A stretch of 64,000 nt of DNA from Coriobacteriia bacterium (GTDB taxonomy: Bacteria; Actinomycetota; Coriobacteriia; Anaerosomatales; JAAXUF01), in NCBI GenBank assembly GCA_038245725.1, contig JBBRSD010000009.1, positions 2,918-66,917 on the forward strand, given 5' to 3'. Shown in pieces: positions 7,529 to 17,030 of this stretch. A program made the translations under genes and the position numbers. The notes under the pieces were generated by a model. The model ran no database searches, was not told the DNA's origin, and worked only from the letters and a program-made list of their open reading frames with translations. The first letter of the stretch is position 1, and each line of letters opens with the position of its first letter.

Positions 7529-8395
7529 ATGACGCACTCTGCCGATCTGCCCGCCGGTGCGGTCCACATCGCCGGGGACACGCACTACCTGCCAGGCCTG
7601 ACGAACTCCGGCTTCATCGAGGGCCTCGTCATCGACACCGGGCCCGAGCCGGGACCCTACGAGGGCGTCGCTATCGACCGCCTCGCGATCACGCATGGCC
7701 ACGCCGACCACTTCGCGGTCGGATCGGTCCTGCGCACGCACGGGGCCACGGTGGTCGCGGCTCGCGACGACGCGGCACTCGTAGAGAATCCCGACATCAA
7801 CATCCGCGGCATGTTCAGCTGGGCCAAGCCCGGCGACATCCTCGTGACGAAGCTCTTCCTCGGCGTGGGGTGCAAGGTCGATGCGCTCGTCGAGGACTGG
7901 CGGGACCGCCGAGCCACGCCGGCTCCGCTGCCAGGCCACTCTCTCGGGCACACGGCGTTCCTGACGCGCGACGGCGTGCTCTTCACCGGCGACGCGCTCT
8001 ATCAGGAGGCGCTATGGAAGCGCCATCCGCTCCCCTACGCGATCGACCCGGACATGGTCGCCGCCTCGCTCGCCCGCATCCGCGAGCTCGACTTCGACTG
8101 GCTCGTCCCCGGCCACGGCGAGCTTTCAGACCGCGCGACCGCGCTGCGCGACATCGACTTCCACCTCGCGCAGATCCGCGCGATCGAACAGCTGCTCCTC
8201 TCTGAGCTGCGCAAGCCTCACACGACCGAAGAGGCGATCGCGCTCGTCTCGGGCCGCCGAGGCCTGTCCGATAACCCCGCCCAGTACTGGCTGGCCGTCA
8301 CGACAGTGAAGGGTTACCTCGGCAATCTGCTCGGAAGAGGGCTGCTCGAGTTCTCTGTGGTGAATCACGCAGGGGTGTGGAGGAGTGCCGACTAG
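7529..8395 (+). CDS. MBL-fold metallo-hydrolase
   Basis: ITHGHADHFAVGS (HxHxDH), plus later GHSLGH and PGHG motifs. ATG 7529 is preferred over GTG 7478. Confidence 0.8.
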   Translation: MTHSADLPAGAVHIAGDTHYLPGLTNSGFIEGLVIDTGPEPGPYEGVAIDRLAITHGHADHFAVGSVLRTHGATVVAARDDAALVENPDINIRGMFSWAKPGDILVTKLFLGVGCKVDALVEDWRDRRATPAPLPGHSLGHTAFLTRDGVLFTGDALYQEALWKRHPLPYAIDPDMVAASLARIRELDFDWLVPGHGELSDRATALRDIDFHLAQIRAIEQLLLSELRKPHTTEEAIALVSGRRGLSDNPAQYWLAVTTVKGYLGNLLGRGLLEFSVVNHAGVWRSAD

Positions 8396-8942
8396 TGAGC
8401 ATCGGGTGAACCGCGTCACAGCTTTCATCGCGCTTGCGCTCGCCGCCTTCGCGCTGAGCGGGTGCGTCGCGGACCGCGGACCGTCGACCAGCCCGGCCGC
8501 GACGCCTGGCGCCGGCGCATCGCGCGCGGCGACCGCACCGCCGTCGTCTGCCGCCACGCCTACCGCCGAGCAACAATCCGCGCGGCTCTCGGAGGGCGCG
8601 AAGCGTTACGCGACGAGCATCGGCGGCAAGTCGCGTCGGGGTAAGACGCTCTACTTCATCATCGGCGCGAGCACCACGAGCGAGGCCGCGGCGCAAGCAG
8701 CCCTCGACACCGCCAAGCCGTCCTTTGGCGATCTGCAGTCCTACTTCATCGTCCAGAAGTCCGACAACTTCGCAGGAATGCGGCCAGGATGGTGGATCGT
8801 CGTCGAGCCGTATCGGGAGAAGAAGCACGTCGCCGAGCAGCTCGTATTCGCGCAACGCGGCTTCCCGGATGCCTACGTCAGCCGCGCCAAGGTGAAGACG
8901 ACCGACCCCATTCCCGTCTACGAAGACGCGGTGGGGCTCTAG
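8385..8942 (+). CDS. Putative lipoprotein, function unknown
   Basis: Signal peptide with lipobox FALSGC, a Pro/Ala/Ser-rich linker, and a globular C-terminal ~100 aa. Confidence 0.6.
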   Translation: MPTSEHRVNRVTAFIALALAAFALSGCVADRGPSTSPAATPGAGASRAATAPPSSAATPTAEQQSARLSEGAKRYATSIGGKSRRGKTLYFIIGASTTSEAAAQAALDTAKPSFGDLQSYFIVQKSDNFAGMRPGWWIVVEPYREKKHVAEQLVFAQRGFPDAYVSRAKVKTTDPIPVYEDAVGL

Positions 8943-9029
8943 CGATTCAACCCGCGCTGCGCGTTTCGCGACGAACTCGAACGGAAACCCATCAGTGAGA
9001 ACTTCGCGACCGATCAAAGGAGCGCCGCC

Positions 9030-9605
9030 ATGCCCAGCGTCAAGGGAACGCAGACCGAACTCAACCTCCTGAAGGCCTTCGCCGGCGAGAGCCAGGCGCG
9101 AAACCGCTACGGGTTCTTCGCAAGCGTCGCGAAGAAGGATGGCCTCGAGCAGATCGCCGCGATCTTCGACGAGACCGCCGCCAACGAGCGCGAACACGCG
9201 AAGGTCTTCTTCAAGTACCTCGAAGGCGGCGACACGGAGATCACGGCCACCTACCCCGCAGGTAAGATCGGCTCCACCGCCGAGAATCTGCTGGCCGCGG
9301 CGGAAGGCGAGCTTCTCGAGTGGGGCACGCTCTACCCGGACTTCGCGCGGGTCGCCGACGCTGAAGGCTTCACCGAGGTCGCCGAGTCGTTCCGCCAGAT
9401 CGCCACGGTGGAGGCGCATCACGAGAAGCGCTACCGCACGCTGCTTGAGAACGTAAACGGCTACAAGGTCTTTAAGAAGGACGGCGTGGTCTTCTGGAAA
9501 TGCCGCAACTGCGGCTACGTGTTCGAGGGCTCCGAAGCCCCGGAGTGCTGTCCCGCATGCAAGCATCCGCAGGCCTACTACGAGCTGCTCTGCGAGAACT
9601 ACTAG
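9030..9605 (+). CDS. rbr: Rubrerythrin
   Basis: Diiron ferritin-like domain (ESQARNRY, EREHAKVF, EGELLEW, VEAHHEKRY) plus a C-terminal rubredoxin-like CRNCG...CPACKHP. Confidence 0.93.
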   Translation: MPSVKGTQTELNLLKAFAGESQARNRYGFFASVAKKDGLEQIAAIFDETAANEREHAKVFFKYLEGGDTEITATYPAGKIGSTAENLLAAAEGELLEWGTLYPDFARVADAEGFTEVAESFRQIATVEAHHEKRYRTLLENVNGYKVFKKDGVVFWKCRNCGYVFEGSEAPECCPACKHPQAYYELLCENY

Positions 9606-9653
9606 CGGTCCCGCACGAGGCGAGACCAGCCCAGCAACGGGCGCGACCGGATC

Positions 9654-10526
9654 CTACCGCACGATCTTGCTGATGGGGATCTCGAGGATGTCCTCGGCGC
9701 CCGCTGCCTTCAGCTGTGGGATGAGGATGTTGACTGTCGACTTATCGGCGACCGTCGTGACCTCGAGGTCGTTGGAGCCGTAGAGCTTGGCGACGGTGGG
9801 ATGCTTCATCGCAGGCAAACAGCCGATGACCGCGTCGAGCTTGCTCTCCGCAACGTTCATCGAGAGCAGGACACGGCCGCGCGCCTCGATCACTCCCAGC
9901 AGCAGCGTGCGGATCTCTTCGATCTCGCGGCGCTTCTCGGGGTCGGCCCAGCTGGCTTTGTTGGCGAGCAGGCGCGTCGTTGACGTGAGCACGGTATCGA
10001 TGATCTTGAGGCCGTTGCGGCGCAGCGTCGAGCCTGTCTCAGTAAGGTCGACAAGGGCGTCCATCATGTCCGGGACCTTGGCCTCGGTCGCTCCGTAGCT
10101 GAAGTGAATCTCGACCGGAATGCCGAGGTCGTCAAAGTACTTCTTGGTCACCACGGGGAACTCCGTCGTGATGCGACTGCCCGGCGCGATGTCGCGCGCG
10201 CATTCGGCAGGCGAATCGTCTGGCACGGCGAGCACCATCTTCACCACGCCGGTACCGGTCTTGGCGTACGGCAGCTCGGCGACCTCGACGACGTCGGCGC
10301 CGGTCTCGGTCACCCAGTCGAAGCCCGAGATTCCCAGGTCGAAGTAGCCGCTCTCAACGAAGATCGGGATCTCCTGCGGCCGAAGGATCTTCACCTTGCC
10401 GATTCGCGGGTCCGCGATGACCGGGTTGTACTCTCGGCTCGACTTCTTGACTTCGAGGTCCGCCTGCGAGAACAACAGCAGCGTCTGTTCGCCGAGAGAA
10501 CCCTTGGGAAGCGCGATCGTCAGCAT
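9654..10526 (-). CDS. hisG: ATP phosphoribosyltransferase, long form
   Basis: MLTIALPKGSL..., DLGISGFDWV, LVDLTETGSTLRRNGL, and a C-terminal regulatory domain. Confidence 0.93.
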   Translation of the reverse strand: MLTIALPKGSLGEQTLLLFSQADLEVKKSSREYNPVIADPRIGKVKILRPQEIPIFVESGYFDLGISGFDWVTETGADVVEVAELPYAKTGTGVVKMVLAVPDDSPAECARDIAPGSRITTEFPVVTKKYFDDLGIPVEIHFSYGATEAKVPDMMDALVDLTETGSTLRRNGLKIIDTVLTSTTRLLANKASWADPEKRREIEEIRTLLLGVIEARGRVLLSMNVAESKLDAVIGCLPAMKHPTVAKLYGSNDLEVTTVADKSTVNILIPQLKAAGAEDILEIPISKIVR

Positions 10527-10688
10527 CGGTGACTCCTGTCGTGATGGCCGCGCGTCTGAGCGGGCGTCGGCGGATTCCGCTCTATCACTCTACTGAAGTG
10601 TAGCAGACGTCCCTCGCCGAAAGGAACCGCGCGCTCACCCGATGGCCAACAAAGCCGCGCGTTCACCCGGCCGCACACGCCGGCGTAG

Positions 10689-11090
10689 TCAGCGCGTCAG
10701 GGCGAGGCTGCTCGCGAATACCCACAGCGCGCCGAAAGCGCCGGCCAAGTACAGGATCGGCGGCACGAAGAGCAGCCCGACCCAATACCGACGAGCGAAC
10801 CATGCGAAGAGCGAGAAGACGGCCGCATCCCCCACCGAGAAAACCAGCAGCAGGCCGAACGGGCCGAGGTCCCGAGCGAGTCGAAGTCCCATCGGAAGCG
10901 CCGAACCGGCGGCCTCGACGAGTCGCAGCGCGACCGGCGTGAAACTCAGGACGAAGGCGATCTGCCCCACGACGAGCAGCATCGACACGACAAAGGCGAT
11001 CCAGAAGATCACGGCGAAGCGAGACGGCGTCCGTCTCGGCAGGCCGGTTCTCGGCGCTTCTGTTTGCTGGCCTCGCTCCTCCACGCACAC
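10689..11090 (-). CDS. Hypothetical integral membrane protein (about 4 TM)
   Basis: Hydrophobic segments FAVIFWIAFVVSMLLVV, GLLLVFSVGDAAVFSLFAWF and LLFVPPILYLAGAFGALWVF. No recognisable motif. Confidence 0.5.
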   Translation of the reverse strand: MCVEERGQQTEAPRTGLPRRTPSRFAVIFWIAFVVSMLLVVGQIAFVLSFTPVALRLVEAAGSALPMGLRLARDLGPFGLLLVFSVGDAAVFSLFAWFARRYWVGLLFVPPILYLAGAFGALWVFASSLALTR

Positions 11091-11270
11091 CCCCCGGTCG
11101 ATTCCTCAGCGCTTCCACAGTACTTCGCACTGGGCGCGGGTCAAGTGGACGACTCACGGAAACGAGTTGCGATTGCGCCGGAAATGCATAGGCGCCCGCG
11201 GGAAACCCACGGAGCGCCTATTGCTTGGGACTGCCGAGCCGATGGGATGACCGGCTGCGACGCAAGGGGA

Positions 11271-11369
11271 CTAGATCAGGTGGAACAGTGTTGCGAGTAC
11301 CATCACGGCCGCGAGGATAGCCACGGTTCGGCCATAGAAGACGCCGCCTTCGCTGAAGCTGTCATACAT
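11271..11369 (-). CDS. Possible 32-aa small membrane peptide (MYDSFSEGGVFYGRTVAILAAVMVLATLFHLI)
   Basis: Not in the ORF track (too short). ATG is preceded by GGAGGCG at about 7 nt, and there is one clear TM helix. It lies between the LysR gene and the 10689-11090 membrane gene. Confidence 0.25.
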   Translation of the reverse strand: MYDSFSEGGVFYGRTVAILAAVMVLATLFHLI

Positions 11370-11491
11370 CTCAAACGCCTCCTTCGAGTGCGGCCCTGTG
11401 GTGGCCGCGGTCGCTCTACAACTATCTTCGGCCCTTGGACTCAAAAGAACAATTGTCGGCCGCTAACGCATAGCGTAAGATTTACTACATT

Positions 11492-12445
11492 ATGTTGAAC
11501 GTGAACCGGCTCAGAATGCTTCGGGAAGTGGCGTCGCGCGGAACGATCGCAGCGGCGGCTGAAGCGTTGTTCATGACACCGTCGGCGATCTCCCAGCAGA
11601 TGGCGACGTTGGAACGCGAAGCGGGGGCGTCGCTGCTCGAGCGCAAGGGCCGAGGCGTGCGCCTCACAGACGTCGGTCTCAGGCTCGTCGAGAACACTGA
11701 GCGCATCCTCGCCGATCTCGAGCGGGCGGAGGCCGATGTCGCCGCCGCGTCGCACGGCATCGTCGGCCGCGTGCGCGTCTCGGCGTTCCCCACAGCGGCG
11801 AGAGCCTTGCTCGTCCCCGCGCTCGCCGATCTCCAGACGCGCTACCCGAACCTGCACATCTCGATGGTCGACCTCGAGCCCGAGGAATCACTGCCCGCGC
11901 TCAAGAACCGCGACCTCGATGTCGTCGTCGCCTACGAGTGGGGGCTGCTCCCCCGCCTGGCCGACCGCGGGATCGAGCGCGAGAAGCTGCTCACCGAGCC
12001 GGTCTATCTCGCGCTGCCCGCGAGTCACCGGCTGGCGAACACGGGTCCGGTCTCACTCGACGCTCTGCGTGACGAGGAGTGGATCGTCGGCCGCGACTCC
12101 ACGTCGATGCTCGACCTCGTGATCGCAGCGACGCGACGCCGCGGTTACGAGCCGCGCACCGACTTCCACTCGATGGACTTCCAGGTGATCCTCTCGGCCG
12201 TGGGCGCGGGACTCGGCGTTGCGCTTGTGCCGCCTCTCGCGCTCATCGGCAGCTACCCCAACGTCGAGATCACCCACGTCAGCGACGTGACGATCGACCG
12301 CACGATCTGGGCGGCGATCCGCAAGGGGAGCAAGGGGAATCCCGGAATCGCCGTCGTGCTCGCCGCACTGCGGCAAGCCGCCAAGGATGTTGCGGCGCGC
12401 ATTCCAGCGCCCGCAGAGGAGCCGCCGGCCGAGCCGGTGGTGTGA
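11492..12445 (+). CDS. LysR-family transcriptional regulator
   Basis: N-terminal wHTH LRMLREVASRGTIAAAAEALFMTPSAISQQMATLE..LLER.GRGVRLTDVG, then a LysR substrate-binding domain. Confidence 0.9.
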   Translation: MLNVNRLRMLREVASRGTIAAAAEALFMTPSAISQQMATLEREAGASLLERKGRGVRLTDVGLRLVENTERILADLERAEADVAAASHGIVGRVRVSAFPTAARALLVPALADLQTRYPNLHISMVDLEPEESLPALKNRDLDVVVAYEWGLLPRLADRGIEREKLLTEPVYLALPASHRLANTGPVSLDALRDEEWIVGRDSTSMLDLVIAATRRRGYEPRTDFHSMDFQVILSAVGAGLGVALVPPLALIGSYPNVEITHVSDVTIDRTIWAAIRKGSKGNPGIAVVLAALRQAAKDVAARIPAPAEEPPAEPVV

Positions 12446-12469
12446 CCGGACTGAGGGTGCGCGGGCTGA

Positions 12470-13849
12470 CTACTGCGGGACGAACCAGGATGGCGATTCT
12501 CGGTGGATGTTCCCGGAAACCGTCTGCCCGGCGACGTCGACGTACTCGCCCGACGAGGCGTCTGACGTGCCGATGGTGACCGTGGCGACGCCGAAGGAGT
12601 TGGTCACTCCCCACAGCGTCTTGGGGCCGTTCGAGAAGTCCACGACAAACTTCACCGGCAGGCCAGCGACCACTCTGTAGTTCGTGTCGTGGCATGCGGT
12701 CGAAATGGTCACAGGCGAACCCAGGTCAGGAGACTTGTCGGAAACGGTCGTTTTGATGCCCGCGAGACCGCCGGCCAGCTGCGGGGTCGCCATGAACCAT
12801 GCCGAGCCCACTGTGGATGTTCCGCTCGAGCTGACGGTCATCTTGATCGTTTGACGGCTCATCAGTCTCACGTCGCCGATCGACGCCCACAGGTGGGCCA
12901 CGCCGGACGGATTGGTGTAGATCGTCGTCTTCTTGACGCCGCCGGATGCGGTGGGCCAAGCGCATGTCACCGCGACGCCCTCCATCCGATTGCCCTTTGC
13001 GTCGAGACACGTCGCATACGCGCAGATCTTCCCGTTCTGTGCCGGGTACGCCGAAGAGACACTCGCAAGCACGCGCGTTGGCGCCTGTGCGAAACCCTTG
13101 TCCTGCTTCGGCATCGCCAAGATGAGGTCTGCCAAGTCATTGGCAGCTCGGCTCAGGACCGCCCTCGTGATCTTGTAGACCGTGTAGTTCCCGGACTTGG
13201 TGACCTTGTGTACCTTGCCGTACGACTTGATGAGAGGGGTGTAGTAAGCGCGCGAGTAGACGGCGGCGTCGACCCAGCGCTGGCGCACGTCCTTCAGTGG
13301 CTTCGGCGGTACTGCGACGGCCCAGTCGCGCATGTCGGTCGGATGGTGCGTGATGTGGTCGACGGCCTCTTCGTAGCCGATCTTCGGGTCGTCGTGCAGA
13401 GCGCGCTGGAAGATGCCGGCCCATGTCAGATGGAACGGCTGGACGTCGTCACCTGCGAAGTGCGTGAGCCAGCCGAACTCCTTGGAAGCCTGCTGCTTCT
13501 TGCCGGCCTTGAGATTGAGGGCAACCGAGTAGTAGAGAGACGCAATCTTGGATGGCGCCCCGCGGCTCGTGCCCACTTCGCGGAAGAGGCCCCAGTCACG
13601 GTTGAAGTGATATGTGTCGGGGTCGTCCGTGGCGAGCAGCGCTGTCCGCCTGTCCAGCCACCAACCGGCCTTCGGGTCGGTGCGGCGGGCGATGCGCAGA
13701 GCCTGGTCCAGGATCCAGTCGTGGGTTCCGTAGCCGTTCCCCTTGACGCCACTGGCATACGGGCCGTTGCACCACGCGGAGGCGTCCGAGACGCCGAATG
13801 CGAAGATGATCATCACACTTGCGAACGCGACAGCTAGTCTGCGAAACAT
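12470..13849 (-). CDS. Secreted zinc-dependent phospholipase C / S1-P1-nuclease-fold protein with C-terminal Ig-like domains
   Basis: Signal peptide ...GVSDASA|W gives a mature N-terminal Trp, followed by GTHDWILDQAL. His/Asp-rich helices follow (HFAGDDVQPFH, HITHH). Two beta-rich Big-like repeats sit at the C-terminus. ATG 13849 has a GGGAG RBS. Confidence 0.7.
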   Translation of the reverse strand: MFRRLAVAFASVMIIFAFGVSDASAWCNGPYASGVKGNGYGTHDWILDQALRIARRTDPKAGWWLDRRTALLATDDPDTYHFNRDWGLFREVGTSRGAPSKIASLYYSVALNLKAGKKQQASKEFGWLTHFAGDDVQPFHLTWAGIFQRALHDDPKIGYEEAVDHITHHPTDMRDWAVAVPPKPLKDVRQRWVDAAVYSRAYYTPLIKSYGKVHKVTKSGNYTVYKITRAVLSRAANDLADLILAMPKQDKGFAQAPTRVLASVSSAYPAQNGKICAYATCLDAKGNRMEGVAVTCAWPTASGGVKKTTIYTNPSGVAHLWASIGDVRLMSRQTIKMTVSSSGTSTVGSAWFMATPQLAGGLAGIKTTVSDKSPDLGSPVTISTACHDTNYRVVAGLPVKFVVDFSNGPKTLWGVTNSFGVATVTIGTSDASSGEYVDVAGQTVSGNIHRESPSWFVPQ

Positions 13850-13947
13850 CTGAATCTCACTCCCGTACAAGTAGACGCCGTTCCATGGTTGTTATCGGCG
13901 CGCAGGGCACGGCTCGTAAGGGTTTCCACCTTGGACTGTGACTGGCG

Positions 13948-16863
13948 TCACACGATTTCGGCCGCATCGGCCGACGCCCCCTCGGATGAGTCCACCGAAC
14001 CGCCTGCCCGTTTCCTAGCAACAACCACGCCGCCGCCCAACAGCACGAGCGCGAGAACGAACGCCACGGCACTGACGCCTGCACCCACGCCCAGACCCGG
14101 CGTCGAATATCGCAAGGTAAGCTGGTGCGAGCCCGCTCGTACCGGAATGCCGATGAAGCCGAGATTCGCCCGAACGACACTCGCCGAGCGACCGTCGATA
14201 GTGGCCCTCCAGCCGCTGCTGTACGGCACGCTCAGGAAGAGCAGCCCGTCGCGCTTCGCCGAGAAGTTCGCGCGGACGTCGTCCCCGTTCACGTGAACGT
14301 CGTGGAGTGACTCTTCGCGCAATGCCGCGACACTTTCGGCGTAACCCTTCATCGGCACGGCGTAGACCTTCAGCGCCTGATATGTGTAGACGCCCGCCAG
14401 AGTTGGGCGGACGAACGCGGCCGTTGTACCTTCCGCCGAGTAGCCCAAGTTGACGAGCTGCGACTGGTCGCCCCAGAAATAGTTGTTGCTTGGGGATTCG
14501 TTGCGCTCGGTCTTGCGCGCACCGCCCGTGTCGTACACGAGCGTGATGGTCTGCGGCTGAACGACCTTGCCGTCGGCTTTCCAGTATTCCGCCCTCGCCG
14601 CGGCGGATGTCGACGGCTGAGGCAGAGGGAGATTGCGGGCCTTGGGCGACTCCTTGCGATACGTGAAGCCGACAAAGTCGACGTAGAGTTCGGAATCGGG
14701 CACGGCATTGAAGTGCAGCTCGAGCTTGCGCGACAAGGCCAGCGTTCGAAACCGGTGGTTCGCGGTGTCGATCTCGACCGCTTTGGTCGGCGTGACCGAG
14801 AACGGCAGGTCGAGGACGGGAAGGCGGCTGGCGGCTGCGGGAAGCGACACGGGTGTGCCGGTGTCGAGCACCGCGCTCTGAAGCAGTGTCTGCTGTCGCT
14901 CGAGAGGAGTCATGGCGTCGTACTGGGCGCGAGAGACGCCCGAGTGGTAGACGTAACCGAGCGGCAGCGCGTAGCGGTTCTCATAGACGGTGCTGGCCCC
15001 TGAACGCGCGAACGGCGCGAACCCGTAGGGCACATACGCGGCACCGGCATTCGGGGCGATGTAGTACTTGACCGCGTTCAGCGTGAGAAGAGCGGCACGT
15101 TCGTCGAACCCGTTGAAGTCGAAGGAGAGCCGCATCGGCCGATTGTCGAGCTTGCGCAGGTATTCCGAAACGCCGGCATTGAGCACCGAGTAGTAGAAGC
15201 TCGTGCCATCGTAGCCTTGAACGAGTGGGTCGTTGGACGCGGTGACGCCCAGGTCGCTGCCGCGGGCGTCGCGCTGTTTGTCGACCCGGAAGAATCCGTC
15301 CCCCGGTAAACCCGCCGCGAGAGAGCCGGCGTTCACCTGGAAGAGATGGAGAACGCCGCCGAGCGGTTCGAATCGCTTGAGATAGTTGGCGCCGTGCCGG
15401 CTGTAGAGAACTGCGCCGTTGGCGGCGATGTTGAGGACGAGCAGCGCCACGACGCCGTATCGGAACCATCCCATCGCCCGCCCGCGAAGCCTCTTGTCCG
15501 GGCCGTCTTCGTGCGACTTGGCGCTTCGGTCAGCTCGTTGCTTCGCCCAGGACTCGAACGCCAGCGTCGCCCACGTCAGTAGGCCGATGGCGAGCGCTGG
15601 TGAGGCCGCGAGTGCCTGATGCCTCGTACCGAACGCAAGCACGAGCGCGCCGTACACGAGCAGGCTCGTGAGCATCGCGATGAGCTCGCGACGAGAAAAG
15701 GGCTTCGGGTCGGACAGCAGCACCGCCGCACCCGCAGCGAGGAAGATCCCCCACGTGAAGATGAATCGGTAGCTTAGGAACGAGACCCCGTTGAACAGCG
15801 ATCCGAAGAACGGAAACGCCAGGAAGATGAAGTACGCAGCGATCATGACTTTGATGGTGAGATTGCGCCCGCGTCGCATGAGCAGCGGAGGAAACAGCAG
15901 AAAGCCCAGCACCGGGTAGCCTTCGTACGCTGAGTTCGTCCCCGGCAGCGACGACATGAGGCTCATAAGGTAGGACCGGTACGTCCCGATGCTCGCGAAG
16001 AGCCCGATTGCGTGCTGCCCCATCGCGCGCGAACTGCCGAACACCGCGAGTACCACGGGCACGACGCTCACGGCCGCCAGAGCGGTCCCCAGCAGGTAGA
16101 ACCCTGCCGTCTTCGCCGCGACGGAGCCGAAGCGCTTCCAGCGATCCTCGGGAGAGCTCAGCTCGAAGTAGCGCACGACCGCGTAGAGCACTGCCACGAA
16201 CGTAAGCTGGTAGAAGAAGTAGAAGTTACTGAATGCCGAGAGGAACACGCCGAGTACAAGGAGGTACGGGCGCCGCCCATGCAGCACCCGCTCGATGCCG
16301 AGAAGCATCAGAGGGAAGAAGACGATCGGGTCTGCGAAGTAGGGATGCCTGAAGGCGCTGAAGAGCGCGAACGTCGTGAATACGTACATCAGCGATCCCG
16401 CACTGGCCGCCAGTGGTTTGGCGGCCATCGAACGCAGGTAGAGGTACGCGAGTGCTCCGGCAGCGAAGAGGCGCACGAAGAACAGCATCAGGTATGCGAG
16501 TTCAAGGTAATGCATGGGGAATACGAGGCTCACTATCGCGAACGGGTCGAACACGTAGAACGCCAACGTCCCCAGCGTGTCGGCGCCAAGGCCGAGGTTC
16601 CACGTCCACTGGGGAATGCCGGCAAGCGGGTGGTGAAGAAACGCTCTCACTATGGTGTTGTAGAAGTAGAGCGCCGGGAAGTGCTGGGCCATGCCGTCGA
16701 GCCACCACACGTTCGACTTGTGATAGAGCGGCAGGTACCAGAACACGAGGGCTCCGGCGAGTGCGAAGAGCAACGAGAAGCCGAGTGCACGGGTGGCACG
16801 CAGACGCGACGTGCTCGGCTGCCCGGGCGTAGGCGATGTGGGACCGGCTGTCGTCAACCGCAC
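13948..16863 (-). CDS. YfhO-family polytopic membrane protein (putative GT-C-type glycosyltransferase), paralogue 1
   Basis: 971 aa. More than 10 N-terminal TM helices, a large extracytoplasmic C-terminal domain and a terminal TM anchor. Collinear similarity to 50320-53184. Adjacent divergent GT2. Confidence 0.8.
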   Translation of the reverse strand: MRLTTAGPTSPTPGQPSTSRLRATRALGFSLLFALAGALVFWYLPLYHKSNVWWLDGMAQHFPALYFYNTIVRAFLHHPLAGIPQWTWNLGLGADTLGTLAFYVFDPFAIVSLVFPMHYLELAYLMLFFVRLFAAGALAYLYLRSMAAKPLAASAGSLMYVFTTFALFSAFRHPYFADPIVFFPLMLLGIERVLHGRRPYLLVLGVFLSAFSNFYFFYQLTFVAVLYAVVRYFELSSPEDRWKRFGSVAAKTAGFYLLGTALAAVSVVPVVLAVFGSSRAMGQHAIGLFASIGTYRSYLMSLMSSLPGTNSAYEGYPVLGFLLFPPLLMRRGRNLTIKVMIAAYFIFLAFPFFGSLFNGVSFLSYRFIFTWGIFLAAGAAVLLSDPKPFSRRELIAMLTSLLVYGALVLAFGTRHQALAASPALAIGLLTWATLAFESWAKQRADRSAKSHEDGPDKRLRGRAMGWFRYGVVALLVLNIAANGAVLYSRHGANYLKRFEPLGGVLHLFQVNAGSLAAGLPGDGFFRVDKQRDARGSDLGVTASNDPLVQGYDGTSFYYSVLNAGVSEYLRKLDNRPMRLSFDFNGFDERAALLTLNAVKYYIAPNAGAAYVPYGFAPFARSGASTVYENRYALPLGYVYHSGVSRAQYDAMTPLERQQTLLQSAVLDTGTPVSLPAAASRLPVLDLPFSVTPTKAVEIDTANHRFRTLALSRKLELHFNAVPDSELYVDFVGFTYRKESPKARNLPLPQPSTSAAARAEYWKADGKVVQPQTITLVYDTGGARKTERNESPSNNYFWGDQSQLVNLGYSAEGTTAAFVRPTLAGVYTYQALKVYAVPMKGYAESVAALREESLHDVHVNGDDVRANFSAKRDGLLFLSVPYSSGWRATIDGRSASVVRANLGFIGIPVRAGSHQLTLRYSTPGLGVGAGVSAVAFVLALVLLGGGVVVARKRAGGSVDSSEGASADAAEIV

Positions 16864-17030
16864 TCCTCGTTTCCGCGGGCTTCAGCCAGCAGTCTAGACC
16901 TTCACGAGCCCCGTGTGTCTCATCGAATGACCCAACCCACGTACCAAGGTGCTCGAGCGCGCAAAACGGGTGATACACTTGCCTCGCATTTCCCCTCTCA
17001 GCCGCCGTTCCGCCTCCTCGAAAGGCCAGC

